Assembly: GCA_963782915.1 (NCBI GenBank)
Contig: CAWALK010000022.1
Coordinates: 256,001-320,000 of the forward strand
Origin: an uncultured archaeon
GTDB lineage: Archaea; Thermoproteota; Bathyarchaeia; Bathyarchaeales; Bathycorpusculaceae
Reading direction: 5' to 3'
DNA: 64,000 nucleotides
Made by a program: the position numbers and the translations under genes
In this document: positions 32,183 to 42,629 of the stretch, piece by piece
Numbering within the stretch: the stretch's first letter is position 1
Layout: every line of letters starts with the position of its first letter
The notes under the pieces: model-generated
What the model saw: the letters and a program-made list of their open reading frames with translations, nothing else
Database searches by the model: none
What the model was told of the DNA's origin: nothing

Positions 32183-33511
32183 TTGCCCCCAGTTTTACAC
32201 CTAACACCCATAGAGGTGGATACCGACGAGAAACGCTCAAAAATCAGCGTTGCCGTCGTCGGATGTGGGCACAAAGGAATCTTTTATGCCAACGCCTTTG
32301 CAGACGCAGGCTACAGAGTAATCTGCACGGATGCTGATGCTAGCGTTGTTAAGAAAATAGCAAAAGGGAAAACTGGGTTTGTAAACCCTGAAGCTGAAGC
32401 CAAACTAAAAAGCCACATAGCATCCGAAAAAATTGATGTTACAAGCGAACGCAAAAAAGCTGTTTCTCAAAGCGACATAATAGTCATAGCCATCACCGCC
32501 AAGGTGGATGAGCAGAAAAAGAACGATTACACAGGCGTAATCAGCACCAGTAAACAGGTTGGGGCAGCCATGCATCAAGGTACGCTTGTGATTTACGGTG
32601 GCATCGCAGGTTTAGGCTTCACTGAGGGAACAATGAAGGAGCTGCTGGAGAATACTTCTGGGTTTAAAGCTGGAATCGATTTCGGTTTAGCATACAGCCC
32701 CATCCTAAACGCCACTGTTTCGCTTGGGGATTTGGAGCTTAAGGTTGCAGCAACTGACCAAACCAGCCTCGAAGCCGCAGCCACCATCCTTAGAACCCTA
32801 ACAAGTAACGTACGGGAAGTCAGCGACCTAAAAACCGCAGAAACAGCCGCACTATTCACAGTTGCCAAACAGGACGCAGCAACCGCATTAACCAACGAAT
32901 TAGCAGTGTTCTGTGAAACAGCAAAAATCGACTACTTCAAAGTCCTCGACACCCTCAACCTAAACAACCCAAGTTTCCGCCCAACCATCGCCGAAGAAGA
33001 AAACAAAAATGAAGCCTACCTCCTACTCGAAGCAGCCGAAAACTTAAACGTTAAACTTAAAGTTGCAGCATTATCCAGACAAATCAACGAGGACATGGTT
33101 AAGCACGCTGTGAATTTGACGCAGGAAGGGCTGCGAAACTGTGGCAAAAGTTTGCGGCGGGTGAAAGTAGCTGTTTTAGGTCCAGTAACTCCAGCTTCAG
33201 ATGCGAGCGCTTTTGTAGCGTTGCTTGAGCAGAAAGGCGCCAAAGTAGCGCTCTATGATCCAACCTCAAAGAAGGAAACACTGGATTCAGATGCAGTTAG
33301 ATCAAATCTTAATGAGGCTGTGGAAGGCGCTGACTGCATCGTTGTGTTATCAACTAAGGAACAGTTTAATCATTTGAACTTAAAGAAGCTCAAAGCATTG
33401 ACAAAGAATCCTGCGGTTATTGTGGATTTAGTTGGCAAATTTGAGCCTGCGCAGGTGGAAACAGAAGGATTCATATATTCTGGATTGGGAAGAGGAACTG
33501 ACCAGAAATGA
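32183..33511 (+). CDS. UDP-sugar dehydrogenase-fold protein with degenerate active site
   Basis: VVGCGHKG Rossmann; SGFKAGIDFGLAYSP; YDP..EAVEGADC; GGxC catalytic motif absent. Confidence 0.8.
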   Translation: MPPVLHLTPIEVDTDEKRSKISVAVVGCGHKGIFYANAFADAGYRVICTDADASVVKKIAKGKTGFVNPEAEAKLKSHIASEKIDVTSERKKAVSQSDIIVIAITAKVDEQKKNDYTGVISTSKQVGAAMHQGTLVIYGGIAGLGFTEGTMKELLENTSGFKAGIDFGLAYSPILNATVSLGDLELKVAATDQTSLEAAATILRTLTSNVREVSDLKTAETAALFTVAKQDAATALTNELAVFCETAKIDYFKVLDTLNLNNPSFRPTIAEEENKNEAYLLLEAAENLNVKLKVAALSRQINEDMVKHAVNLTQEGLRNCGKSLRRVKVAVLGPVTPASDASAFVALLEQKGAKVALYDPTSKKETLDSDAVRSNLNEAVEGADCIVVLSTKEQFNHLNLKKLKALTKNPAVIVDLVGKFEPAQVETEGFIYSGLGRGTDQK

Positions 33512-34460
33512 CTAAACTTGGCGTTGCAGTTATCGGAACGGGGCAGTGGGGTAAAAACCACGCCAGAGTCTACAAAGAATTACCTTCGACTGAACTTGTG
33601 GCAGTATGTGACGTTAATGCTGAGCGAGCAAAAGCGATGGCACAGCAGTATGGTGTCAAAGCCTACTCAGACAGCACCGAGATGCTCAAAGACAAAGACA
33701 TCCAAGCCGTAAACGTCTGCACATGGTCCACGATTCTTAGCTCAGGAAGCTATGAAGGTACTAAACGCAGGCAAACATGTGCTTGTCGAGAAACCCATGG
33801 CAACCAACCCCGAACAGGCACGACAACTTGTTAAAACCGCCGAAGAAAACGGTCTTCACTTAACCGTTGGCTTCCTCATGCGTTTCATCCCCGGATTGCA
33901 ACATATCCGCCAATCAGTTGAGAACAAAAAAATCGGCGAACTCGTCTGCGTCACCGCAAAACGCGTCTCCCAATGGCCCGAACGCATAGGCGACGTCGGA
34001 GTCGTCAAAGACACCGCAATACACGACATAGACGTCATGCGCTATCATATCCAAACAAGACCCAGTCTCTGTCTACGCTAAAATGGGCAGCAAAAGAATA
34101 CAGAAATTCGAAGACTACGCCCACATAATGCTCACCTACGAAAACGGCGAATCCGCATTCATCGAAACCAACTGGCTAACACCCTACAAAACCCGCACAC
34201 TCATCGCCACAGGCACTGAAGCCATAATGCGCCTAGACTACAACACACAAGACTTCTGGATAGAAGAAAAAACCCAAAGCATCCAACCACGGCTGCCATT
34301 CCAAGAACCCCTAAAAGCCGAGCTTCAACACTTCGTCGACTGCATCGTAGAGAAAAAGAAGCCCATAGTAACAGGTGAAGACGGCGTCAAAGCCTTAGAA
34401 GTAGCCACTGCAGCAATGGAGTCCTCTGCCAAAAACACAGCGGTACAATTAAAAAGATAA
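33508..34460 (+). CDS. Gfo/Idh/MocA oxidoreductase (UDP-GlcNAc 3-dehydrogenase-like), 2 frameshifts
   Basis: IGTGQWGKNH, HVLVEKPM, GDVGVVKDTAIHDID, NWLTPYKTR. Confidence 0.9.
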
Positions 34461-34471
34461 AAAGAAAATAT

Positions 34472-34741
34472 TTATTTTAGGTTGAATGGTTTGCCTTCAG
34501 AAACAGTTTTTTCTGGGGCTTTTTCCTTCCATTTCTTCAAGAACGGCAAATCGTCTGCTTCTTTGCGAAGTTCGTCTGGGAGCATTTCTGGGATTTCTTC
34601 GCGGATTGGGTACCAGCGGTTGCATTTTGGGCAGACAATTATGCCTTCGACGATTTCGTCTTTTTCTTCGAAGACGGTGAGTTCAAGCGGATGATACTTG
34701 TCGATTGGGCAAGCGAGGATGTCCATTAGTTTGCGTTTCAT
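34472..34741 (-). CDS. trm112: Trm112-like methyltransferase activator
   Basis: LMDILACPIDK..CPKCNRWYPIREEIPEMLP. Confidence 0.9.
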   Translation of the reverse strand: MKRKLMDILACPIDKYHPLELTVFEEKDEIVEGIIVCPKCNRWYPIREEIPEMLPDELRKEADDLPFLKKWKEKAPEKTVSEGKPFNLK

Positions 34742-34778
34742 GTGAATTCAACAAAGAGATAGGTAAGGGTTTGTGTTA

Positions 34779-35642
34779 TTAAGATTTGCTGGATATAGCG
34801 GCTACTTGGATATCTAGTACTGTTTGGTACCAGTTTGGTCCTGTGCTGCGGATTATGCGGGAACACGCAAACATGTAGGGGACGCCTAAGCTGTCGAGTT
34901 TCTCAGCGACTTTCCGCTCTGTTTTTTCCGTGGGATCCTCCTTGCCGGGGGCATGTTGGAAATCGTAGTAGTGTATCCATCCACCCGTTTTTTTAAGCGC
35001 TGAGACTGCGGCGGGGAGGTATTCAAGCGCTTTTTCTGGGAGAAGCATCAACACGCGGTCAGCGACTCCCTGTAGCTTTGTTTGGGCTATGTCTTGTGAA
35101 TCTCCAAGCAGTGGCTCAACCCTACCGAAGACGCGGTTTACCCGAATGTTTTCTTGCATGAATTGATAGGCGGTTGGGTTAATGTCGATTGAGTAAACTT
35201 TGGTTTCAGGTACGGTTTTGGCTATGATTATGCTAAAGCAGCCGACGCCCGCGAACATGTTAACGACTGTTTCATGGGGCGAGACTTGGCTGGCTATGCG
35301 TAGACGTTCATGTTTGAGTCTTGGTGAAAAATAGCATTTCTCTATGTCCACTGAGAAGATGCAGCCGGCTTCTTTGTATTTAGTGACGGTTCTGTTTTCG
35401 CCCGCGAGCAACGTTAATTCTCGGGTGCGGTGGTCGCCTTTTATTGGGCTTGTTTGAGAAAACACTGTTTTTACGCCCTTATGAACCGCCATAATTTGCC
35501 TTGCAACCGCTTGTGCATCTGAGGCGTTGTTGGGGGCTTTGATGATGGCTATGTCGCCCACTACGTCAAATGAGCTGTAAACTTTGCTTAAGCCTTCTGG
35601 TGATAGTGCGTTTGTAAGCTTTTCTTTAAGGCGGACTCTCAA
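34779..35642 (-). CDS. trm5: Trm5/Met-10+ family tRNA methyltransferase, short form lacking the D1 domain
   Basis: FDVVGDIAI, YKEAGC, YFSPRL..ER, NMFAGVG, IDINP. Confidence 0.82.
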   Translation of the reverse strand: MRVRLKEKLTNALSPEGLSKVYSSFDVVGDIAIIKAPNNASDAQAVARQIMAVHKGVKTVFSQTSPIKGDHRTRELTLLAGENRTVTKYKEAGCIFSVDIEKCYFSPRLKHERLRIASQVSPHETVVNMFAGVGCFSIIIAKTVPETKVYSIDINPTAYQFMQENIRVNRVFGRVEPLLGDSQDIAQTKLQGVADRVLMLLPEKALEYLPAAVSALKKTGGWIHYYDFQHAPGKEDPTEKTERKVAEKLDSLGVPYMFACSRIIRSTGPNWYQTVLDIQVAAISSKS

Positions 35643-35720
35643 CTGTATATCCTCATTGTGCGATAGTATTGGAAATGTTTAAAAGTAAAATGCTTTTCTT
35701 TGTAGGACAGGCGTTTCCAT

Positions 35721-35882
35721 ATGGAAAAATCTGGAATTGTTTACGAATGCATGAGATGCGGTTCAAGAGTACCAACTGAAGAATTAGAGTTAAGAGGCGG
35801 AGAAACCAAATGCATCATCTGCGGATACAGGATTCTCAAGAAAGTTAAGCCGCCAGTTGTTAAACGGGTTCAATCAAAATAA
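35721..35882 (+). CDS. rpoP: RNA polymerase subunit Rpo12 (P), not in the ORF track
   Basis: MEKSGIVYECMRCG...KCIICGYRILKKVKPPVVKRVQSK, 53 aa. Confidence 0.92.
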   Translation: MEKSGIVYECMRCGSRVPTEELELRGGETKCIICGYRILKKVKPPVVKRVQSK

Positions 35883-35893
35883 GATTGGGATAA

Positions 35894-35911
35894 CTCGTGC
35901 ATTTGCACGAG
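35894..35911. terminator. Inverted repeat between convergent genes
   Basis: CTCGTGCA-TT-TGCACGAG followed by T-rich sequence. Confidence 0.4.
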
Positions 35912-35938
35912 CACTTTTGTTTCTAAAAATTTTTGTTT

Positions 35939-36253
35939 TTAGTAGAAGTCTTGGTCTCCAAGTTTCCTTAGCGCTTTTCCCTTCAGCTTAACGGCAGAGT
36001 TGTCTTCTTTATCTTTGAAGAAATCGTCGTCTAAATCATGTTCAGCGGTTTGACGTTTAACGGTTTCACCGCAGATTGCGCCAGGCAACATACGCCGCTT
36101 AAAGCACATGGAATATGTGCATTTTGCTACGCTGCATGGTTCTTCTCCATCTCTGCACCAAACTGAGTCGCGCCTAAATACGGCTGAGTTTTTGCCGCAT
36201 TTAAAAGATTGACATGTTGGAGAACAAGGTTTTGTTTGAGCCAACAGATACAC
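35939..36253 (-). CDS. Cys-rich conserved-type archaeal hypothetical protein
   Basis: CSPTCQSFKC..WC..C..KCTYSMC..IC. Confidence 0.7.
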   Translation of the reverse strand: MYLLAQTKPCSPTCQSFKCGKNSAVFRRDSVWCRDGEEPCSVAKCTYSMCFKRRMLPGAICGETVKRQTAEHDLDDDFFKDKEDNSAVKLKGKALRKLGDQDFY

Positions 36254-36347
36254 CTCAATGATAAAATTTTTGATGGTTTGTGTGTTTCTTGTTTTTCTTA
36301 TTGTTCTTTAGATACAATATAAACTTTTTTCCAATTAAGAGGAGAAA

Positions 36348-38462
36348 TTAGGTTGCAGATGGGGTAGCTGGTTTAGTTTTTCGTCGTCGGTAGACTTCTA
36401 CTGCTACAAAGAGAACGGCAATGACCAGTATTATGATGATGGTTATGAGTGTGCTTGCCTGTGTTAGCATTCCGCCGATTGAGACGTATTTGTCTAGTTT
36501 TATCTGTACGGTGGTGGGTTCGTTGACGTTTACTGTTATGGCTTGTGAGGCGTCCTGTGTGCCTTGGGCTTGGGCGATGATTTGCATGTTTCCGCCGATG
36601 ATGTTGTCAAATGTTGCGATTCCGTTGCCTTGCGTGGCTGCTGTGGCTTTTGCTGCTCCGTTGAGGGTTACGTTAGCGTTTGGTATGGGTGAACCGAAGA
36701 AGTCAACGACTGAAACGGTTAGTTGGATGCCGTAGAGTGTGCATTGGATTTGTTGTTGGTTGTCGTTGAAGACTTGTAGGCTTGTTTCGTTGACTAATGA
36801 GTTGTCTTTGTAGATTCTGAGGCGGTACATTCCAAAGGTTGCTTGTGTTGTGGCTACTCCGTTGCTGTTGCTTGTGGTTGAGTAGAATAATCCGTTGGAG
36901 AGTTCTACGAGTTCTACGCGGGCGTTCTGTACTGCTTGGTTATCGTGGCCTTTTATGGTTAATGTTACGTTTTTGCTTGGGCAAATAATTGTAGCTTGTG
37001 CTGTTGGTTGATCGGTGTAGCTGTTGAAGGTGTTGTTTGCTCCACTGAAGATTTGCCCATAGAGTGAAGCATCGATAGTGTATGTTGCTCCGGCTATGGT
37101 GGATGTTAATGTGTAGGTTCCTGATGGGTCGGTTTGTCCTGTGGAGGATCCGCTTTTGGATATGCTGCCGCTTTGGTAGCGGTAAGAGATGGCTAAATCA
37201 ACAAAGGGCATTGGGATGCCATCTTGGGTTTTAACTGTAACTTTTAAATTGTTTAGTTGGCAACGAATTGTAAATGCTCCATCGCCGGTGACTGTTATGT
37301 TTGTTTGGCCGATGTTAACGTCGTTCCAGTAGGCGACGACACCATGTGGACCTTTTTCAAGGCCAAAGTTCGCTATACCTGCCGAGTTGGTTGTTGCGTT
37401 AGATTCTGTGCCCGTTACTGAATCGGTAACTCGAATATTAATGCCTGAAATAGCTGATCCTGCCAAGTTGGTTGCTTCTATATTTACGCTGTAACCGACG
37501 ACCGTGAAGGTTTGTTGGTCTGGCACTGTTTTTTGGGTGCCGGTTGGAGTGATTTTTACGGTGCAGTCGCCGATTGGGGCGTTAGAGGATACTGTCCAAG
37601 AGGTGGAGATTACACCGTCTGCTGAGGCTGTGGTGGATATTGTATCAAGAGTTTCGCTTGTCTTGACGCTGGTAATTGTTATTGTGGCAGCTTGGTTTGC
37701 TTCATAACCGGCTGCGCGGATGCTTGCTGTTTGTCCTCGGTGATATGTTGTTGAATCGAGGATGTTAGCGCTGAATTGTGTTGAGGCTAAGGTGGAGTTG
37801 AAGGTGACTTTGTATGTGCCAGCAGCTAAGGTGTCGCCTGCTGGGGAAAAGCTGCTGCCTGGAAGAGTAATATCTGTGCTGGCGGTGCCTTTTACGTTTG
37901 GGGTTCCTAAGGCTACGGTTGAGGTATAGCTTGTACCGCTTGGAGAGGTAACTACTATTTTTGCGCCATAAGAGGTGCCCAGTGAACCGCCGGTAACTGC
38001 GGCAGTTAAGGTAACAGTGTTGCCCTCCTGTACTGTTGATGGAGAAGCAGTGACTGAGTAACCGATGCTAACTGTGAATTGGTCAGATGCGTTAACGTTG
38101 ATTTTTGTGTCTCGTAGTATTAGTGCGTAGGTTGCTGCGGGTAGTTCGGGAACGGTAAAGTTTGTATCTACGTAGTATCCGTCTGCGGTTCCGCTTGCAA
38201 CCAGGGTTTTACCGATGAATATTTGGTAGGAGCCGTTTGAAGTGTAAATGGTGCCTAGCAAGTTGCAACTTGTTCCCATGGCTCCGCTTTTTGAGTCTGG
38301 GGTAACTTGGAGAATGTTTAGATCCAGACCTTTGACTAGCGGCCCCATAGGTGCTAATACCAATGCAAATGCGACAAAGAATAGAAGGGTTACTGCAACA
38401 ATTTTGTGGTTCAAACGTCTCTGCTCTCCCGAGTTAAGATAGCTTAATAGCTTAATGCTCAT
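36348..38462 (-). CDS. Secreted, C-terminally anchored surface protein with tandem Ig/carboxypeptidase-regulatory-like domains
   Basis: Signal-like N-terminus; Thr/Ser-rich beta repeats (TTNSAGIANF, TSNSNGVAT); C-terminal TM then RRRK. Confidence 0.85.
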   Translation of the reverse strand: MSIKLLSYLNSGEQRRLNHKIVAVTLLFFVAFALVLAPMGPLVKGLDLNILQVTPDSKSGAMGTSCNLLGTIYTSNGSYQIFIGKTLVASGTADGYYVDTNFTVPELPAATYALILRDTKINVNASDQFTVSIGYSVTASPSTVQEGNTVTLTAAVTGGSLGTSYGAKIVVTSPSGTSYTSTVALGTPNVKGTASTDITLPGSSFSPAGDTLAAGTYKVTFNSTLASTQFSANILDSTTYHRGQTASIRAAGYEANQAATITITSVKTSETLDTISTTASADGVISTSWTVSSNAPIGDCTVKITPTGTQKTVPDQQTFTVVGYSVNIEATNLAGSAISGINIRVTDSVTGTESNATTNSAGIANFGLEKGPHGVVAYWNDVNIGQTNITVTGDGAFTIRCQLNNLKVTVKTQDGIPMPFVDLAISYRYQSGSISKSGSSTGQTDPSGTYTLTSTIAGATYTIDASLYGQIFSGANNTFNSYTDQPTAQATIICPSKNVTLTIKGHDNQAVQNARVELVELSNGLFYSTTSNSNGVATTQATFGMYRLRIYKDNSLVNETSLQVFNDNQQQIQCTLYGIQLTVSVVDFFGSPIPNANVTLNGAAKATAATQGNGIATFDNIIGGNMQIIAQAQGTQDASQAITVNVNEPTTVQIKLDKYVSIGGMLTQASTLITIIIILVIAVLFVAVEVYRRRKTKPATPSAT

Positions 38463-38568
38463 GTGTAGCCCAGTGATGATTTTAAACTTTATCCCAAAAC
38501 TGCATTTTGCACAGGGATTTTTAAAAGGCAGTGTTTTCTTAGTCTAACAGAAAATTCGGTGTAGAGTC

Positions 38569-39531
38569 TTGGAAGAAACTGATGCATCTCCGCTCCTAGC
38601 TTCATTAAAAAAGCAAAAATACCACCTAATCGGGGCACATTCAGCGGTGAAAAGATGCAAATGGCTCTACGAATCCATAGTCAACAATAGACCCTGTTAT
38701 AAACAGAAATTCTACGGCATACAATCCCACCGATGCATCCAGATGACGCCCTCGCTTTACTATTGCACTCAGCAGTGCCTGTTTTGTTGGCGGGCACAAA
38801 GCGGCGACATGGAAACCAAATGGGATGAGATGCGAAACCCCAACAAAGACACCCCCGAAGAGATAGTTGAGGGCTGCTTTAAAGCTCAAGCAAAAATTAT
38901 TTCAGGCTACAAAGGCAACGAGAAGACGGATTGGCGCAAATTCCAAGAGGCACAACGACCCAAACAAGTCGCTATAAGCTTGACTGGAGAACCTACACTC
39001 TATGAGCCACTGGGCGATTTGATTGGGCAATTCCGTCAGAAGGGCTTAACTACTTTTTTGGTTACAAACGGAACTTTGCCCTCGAAGCTTTCCAAACTTA
39101 GCCATGAACCCAGCCAACTTTATGTTTCTCTTTGCGCACCCAACGAAGAAGTCTACAATAAAGTCTGTCGACCACAGTTCCCCCATGCATGGGCTAAACT
39201 AAACGAGACATTGGAGACTTTGCAGAGTTTCCGTTGCCCAACCGCAGTACGCATGACGATGGTTAAGGACCATAACATGAACCTAATCAACCAATACGCC
39301 AAATTAGTTGAGAAAGCAAACCCCACCTACATCGAGATGAAGGCTTACATGCATATTGGCTTCTCGAACCTCCGTTTAGGCTTCGACCAAATGCCGATGC
39401 ATCATGAAGTAAAGGATTTTGCAGCTCAGTTGGCTCAAGCAACGGGGTATAAGGTTATCAATGAGGCACCTGAGAGTCGAGTGGTTTTGCTTAGTAAGCT
39501 TGAGAAGCCCATTCAGTTGGGCAGCAGTTAA
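38569..39531 (+). CDS. taw1: 4-demethylwyosine synthase (radical SAM)
   Basis: HSAVKRCKW, CYKQKFYGIQSHRCIQMTP, CTQQCLFCWR, SLTGEPTLY. Confidence 0.95.
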   Translation: MEETDASPLLASLKKQKYHLIGAHSAVKRCKWLYESIVNNRPCYKQKFYGIQSHRCIQMTPSLYYCTQQCLFCWRAQSGDMETKWDEMRNPNKDTPEEIVEGCFKAQAKIISGYKGNEKTDWRKFQEAQRPKQVAISLTGEPTLYEPLGDLIGQFRQKGLTTFLVTNGTLPSKLSKLSHEPSQLYVSLCAPNEEVYNKVCRPQFPHAWAKLNETLETLQSFRCPTAVRMTMVKDHNMNLINQYAKLVEKANPTYIEMKAYMHIGFSNLRLGFDQMPMHHEVKDFAAQLAQATGYKVINEAPESRVVLLSKLEKPIQLGSS

Positions 39532-39730
39532 CCAAGTCATATTTGGGTCTAATCGAAGCGCTATGCTGAAAATATATGCAGGTAGTTAACGCACACTTTT
39601 TACTGTTAATACAGTTGTAAATCGGTTATAGTCGGTCCGCTCATGTACATACCAAGAGGATTTGGATAAAAATTTAAATAGCCATTTCAAGCCATTAATA
39701 ATTCTAATAATAACCAAGCGGTAACCACAC

Positions 39731-39913
39731 ATGGTAAGCGAAGGAAAAGGAAGACTGTTTCGAAGAAAAGACGGCAAATACCTAGTCTATCTGCCCAAAG
39801 ACTTAGCGGAAGACAGCATGTTTCCATTCAAAGGCTCAGACACAATCTTTGTCAAAGTCAGTTTCGCACTTGGCGACAGCAAACTGATGGTTGAAAAGTG
39901 GGCCCAAGAATAG
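39731..39913 (+). CDS. Small AbrB-like putative DNA-binding protein
   Basis: GRLFRRKDGKYLVYLPKDLAEDSMFPFK swapped-hairpin-like pattern. Confidence 0.65.
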   Translation: MVSEGKGRLFRRKDGKYLVYLPKDLAEDSMFPFKGSDTIFVKVSFALGDSKLMVEKWAQE

Positions 39914-39966
39914 GCAAACCATATTTTTAGAAATTAAAATAAACAACCCAAACCAATTCTATTTAG

Positions 39967-40648
39967 TTGGTGCATTTCTTGTCATCCCTAGAAAATGTTA
40001 TTTCACAAATCAAAACCGACCTCATGGCTAACAACGAAGTCCGCGAGGAAACCCATGAGAGCATGCGTAAAGCCACAAGCCTCTCCAAACAAGCAATACT
40101 GCTAATCCACCAGAAGAGGCTCTCTGATGCTGAGCAGATGGTTGCGAATGCTAAAGAAATTATATCCAGTCTGCAAACAAAAGCGGAAGAGTGCCCCGCA
40201 ATCATTTATGGTGGCATGTTTAGCGCCGCTTTGCAAGAATACGCAGAAGCCAATATTCTCTTGATTTTGGTGAAGGAAAACAGGTTTCTTACACCCTGCC
40301 GAAATAAGCGTACCCCCAGTCGATTACGTCTTGGGTTTAGCGGATGTCATTGGCGAATACAGGCGGCTTGCTTTGGATAGCCTGCGGGATGGCGAAGTTG
40401 AAAGGGGCGTGCGGTGCCTTGAAATTATGGATCAAGTCTTCATCCAACTCTTAGCCCTCGACGAAGCTTACATGCTCGTGCCAGGGCTCCGACATAAATC
40501 TGACATTGCAAGACGCATAATCGAATCTACACGCGGCGACATCACATTGGAAGTTCGACGGAAATCGCTTGAGGATTACCTCAAAAAGTTCACGCCCCCA
40601 GAAGCCGAAGCTAAAGGCGGGCGTAAACGGGCGAAGGCTAAAGAATAG
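39967..40648 (+). CDS. Translin family protein (frameshift near 40295)
   Basis: ALQEYAEA; YVLGLADVIGEYRR; GLRHKSDIARRIIESTR. Confidence 0.88.
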
Positions 40649-41308
40649 TTGCCTAAACTGCCCTCTAATTTTTCAATTAAAAAAGCGCATGACATACAAG
40701 TTTGCTTATCCAAACGGGTTATTCGTGAGGATAAGCTGCCCAAGCAAATCCGTACGGTCGGCGGAGTAGATGTTTCCTACGTTGGCGACTTGGGTGTTGG
40801 GGCAGTAGTAGTTCTTGATTACGAAACGCTTGAGATTCTTGAGACAACGGTGGCGACGTGTCCAGTTAAGATGCCCTATGTGCCGACGCTACTGTCGTTT
40901 CGGGAGCTCCCGCCTGCCATAGCAGCCATTAAGCAATTGAAAGTGCAGCCTGATGTGTTTTTGGTTGACGCACAGGGCTATGCGCATCCGTATAGGTGCG
41001 GGTTTGCCAGCCATCTGGGATTGGCATTGGGAAAGCCGACGATTGGAGCTGCAAAGAGCAGGTTAATCGGCGAACCCACCGAACGTGATGGCAGGACTGT
41101 TTTGGTGGATAAGGGTGAAGTAGTCGGTGAAGTAGTGACTACAAAGCAGGGTGCCAAACCAGTCTACGTAAGCATCGGGCACATGGTATCCCTCGAAACC
41201 GCTGTCCAAATCGTGCGCCACTGCTCAAAAGGCAGAATCCCAGAACCGCTACTTTTAGCACACAACTTAGCAACAAAAACAAAACTGGAACTCCCAGCAC
41301 AGGCATAG
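40649..41308 (+). CDS. nfi: Endonuclease V
   Basis: GGVDVSY, PYVPTLLSFRE, VDAQGYAHP, IGAAKSRL, PVYVSIGH, RIPEP. Confidence 0.95.
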   Translation: MPKLPSNFSIKKAHDIQVCLSKRVIREDKLPKQIRTVGGVDVSYVGDLGVGAVVVLDYETLEILETTVATCPVKMPYVPTLLSFRELPPAIAAIKQLKVQPDVFLVDAQGYAHPYRCGFASHLGLALGKPTIGAAKSRLIGEPTERDGRTVLVDKGEVVGEVVTTKQGAKPVYVSIGHMVSLETAVQIVRHCSKGRIPEPLLLAHNLATKTKLELPAQA

Positions 41309-41317
41309 AACCCATGG

Positions 41318-41599
41318 TTAGGCTATGATTGGAGGAAAAGTGTAGGGCAATATTGCGACAAGTGCGATAATAGAAATTATTACTGAGACAAACAGGACAA
41401 GGATAAAATTCTTGGCTAAACGATACTCTTTATGACCATACAAGTTCTTAACTTCAAATGCGGCAAAAACCAAGACAATGACAAATAAAATCATAGACAC
41501 GAACAGGCTAACAGGACTATAATGTAAAATTCGAGTTAAAGGAATGATTAGGAAAATACTAACGATTGCTGATAGGATTATGCCTGCTTCCTTAAGCAT
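41318..41599 (-). CDS. Small membrane protein (3 TM)
   Basis: Three hydrophobic segments; GGAGG upstream. Confidence 0.65.
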   Translation of the reverse strand: MLKEAGIILSAIVSIFLIIPLTRILHYSPVSLFVSMILFVIVLVFAAFEVKNLYGHKEYRLAKNFILVLFVSVIISIIALVAILPYTFPPIIA

Positions 41600-41686
41600 G
41601 AATCGATATTTGGAGGTTTAACTATAAAGCTTTTACAGCAAGTTAATATTTCCAGAGACAAATACTAGCGCTTAAGCGTGAGTTGC

Positions 41687-42052
41687 ATGGCAGAGGAAAC
41701 TAAACCGACAGAAGAAAAGATGACTGAAGAAATAACCTTTGACTACTTCGAAAAACTCGACCTACGCGTCGGAAAAATAATTGAGGCAGTTGCGGTTCCT
41801 GCATCCAAGAAGCTTCTCCAAATGCAAGTGGACTTCGGTACAGAGAAACGCCAATGCATCGCTGGACTGCAGAAATACTACAAGCCCGAGGAATTGGTGG
41901 GCAAAAAATGCGTTTTCCTCCTTAACCTTCAGCGACGGATGATTGCAGGTTTGGAATCACAGTGCATGGTTATGGCTGCTGAGGACGCGGCAGGTGTTGT
42001 GTCTGTGTTGCAGCCTGAGAAGGATATTGCGGAAGGCAGCAAAATCGGATAA
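41687..42052 (+). CDS. tRNA-binding OB-fold protein (MetRS C-terminal/CsaA/Trbp111-like)
   Basis: FEKLDLRVGKI, KLLQMQVDFG, NLQRRMIAGLESQCM. Confidence 0.9.
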   Translation: MAEETKPTEEKMTEEITFDYFEKLDLRVGKIIEAVAVPASKKLLQMQVDFGTEKRQCIAGLQKYYKPEELVGKKCVFLLNLQRRMIAGLESQCMVMAAEDAAGVVSVLQPEKDIAEGSKIG

Positions 42053-42629
42053 TATAGACATAATATAAACCGACAACGTTACAATAGGTTTTTACCCCCT
42101 TAACATAGTCAAAGCACTTCAAAATGGCAAGCTTCATACCACTCGTAAATTCGAGAATAAGTCTGTAGCATTTGCAAGCACTCATGTAATAAACGTTAAA
42201 TTGATAAAGTATTTAGTGGACAGGGAAATTAGTTTTTGACTGGCCCTAATATTGCAATCGTGATATAACTGCTCTGGAATAGCTGAATTGACTAAATTTC
42301 TTTAAGTCTTTGAGGGCATAACCTTATTCGCGCAAACTTTTCAGTGTAATAATCATTCAATATTTGTAAATAATCCAATTCATGACCTTATTGTTATAGT
42401 TTGCGAATACTCGTTAATTTTTTACAGAAGTCCCTCATTGAAGAACTATCGCAAAATTGTTATTTTTCTTAGTAGTGGCAGCATATATCCACGATCAGGC
42501 ACGCCGATATCCATGAGCTTCTTATAAGTAAAATTTTCAAGATTGGTGGCAAAAAACCCGTTCATAACGGGAATTTAATGAACATATATCGGAGAGGTTG
42601 ATAAACGAGCAATACACACCTTCTGAAAA

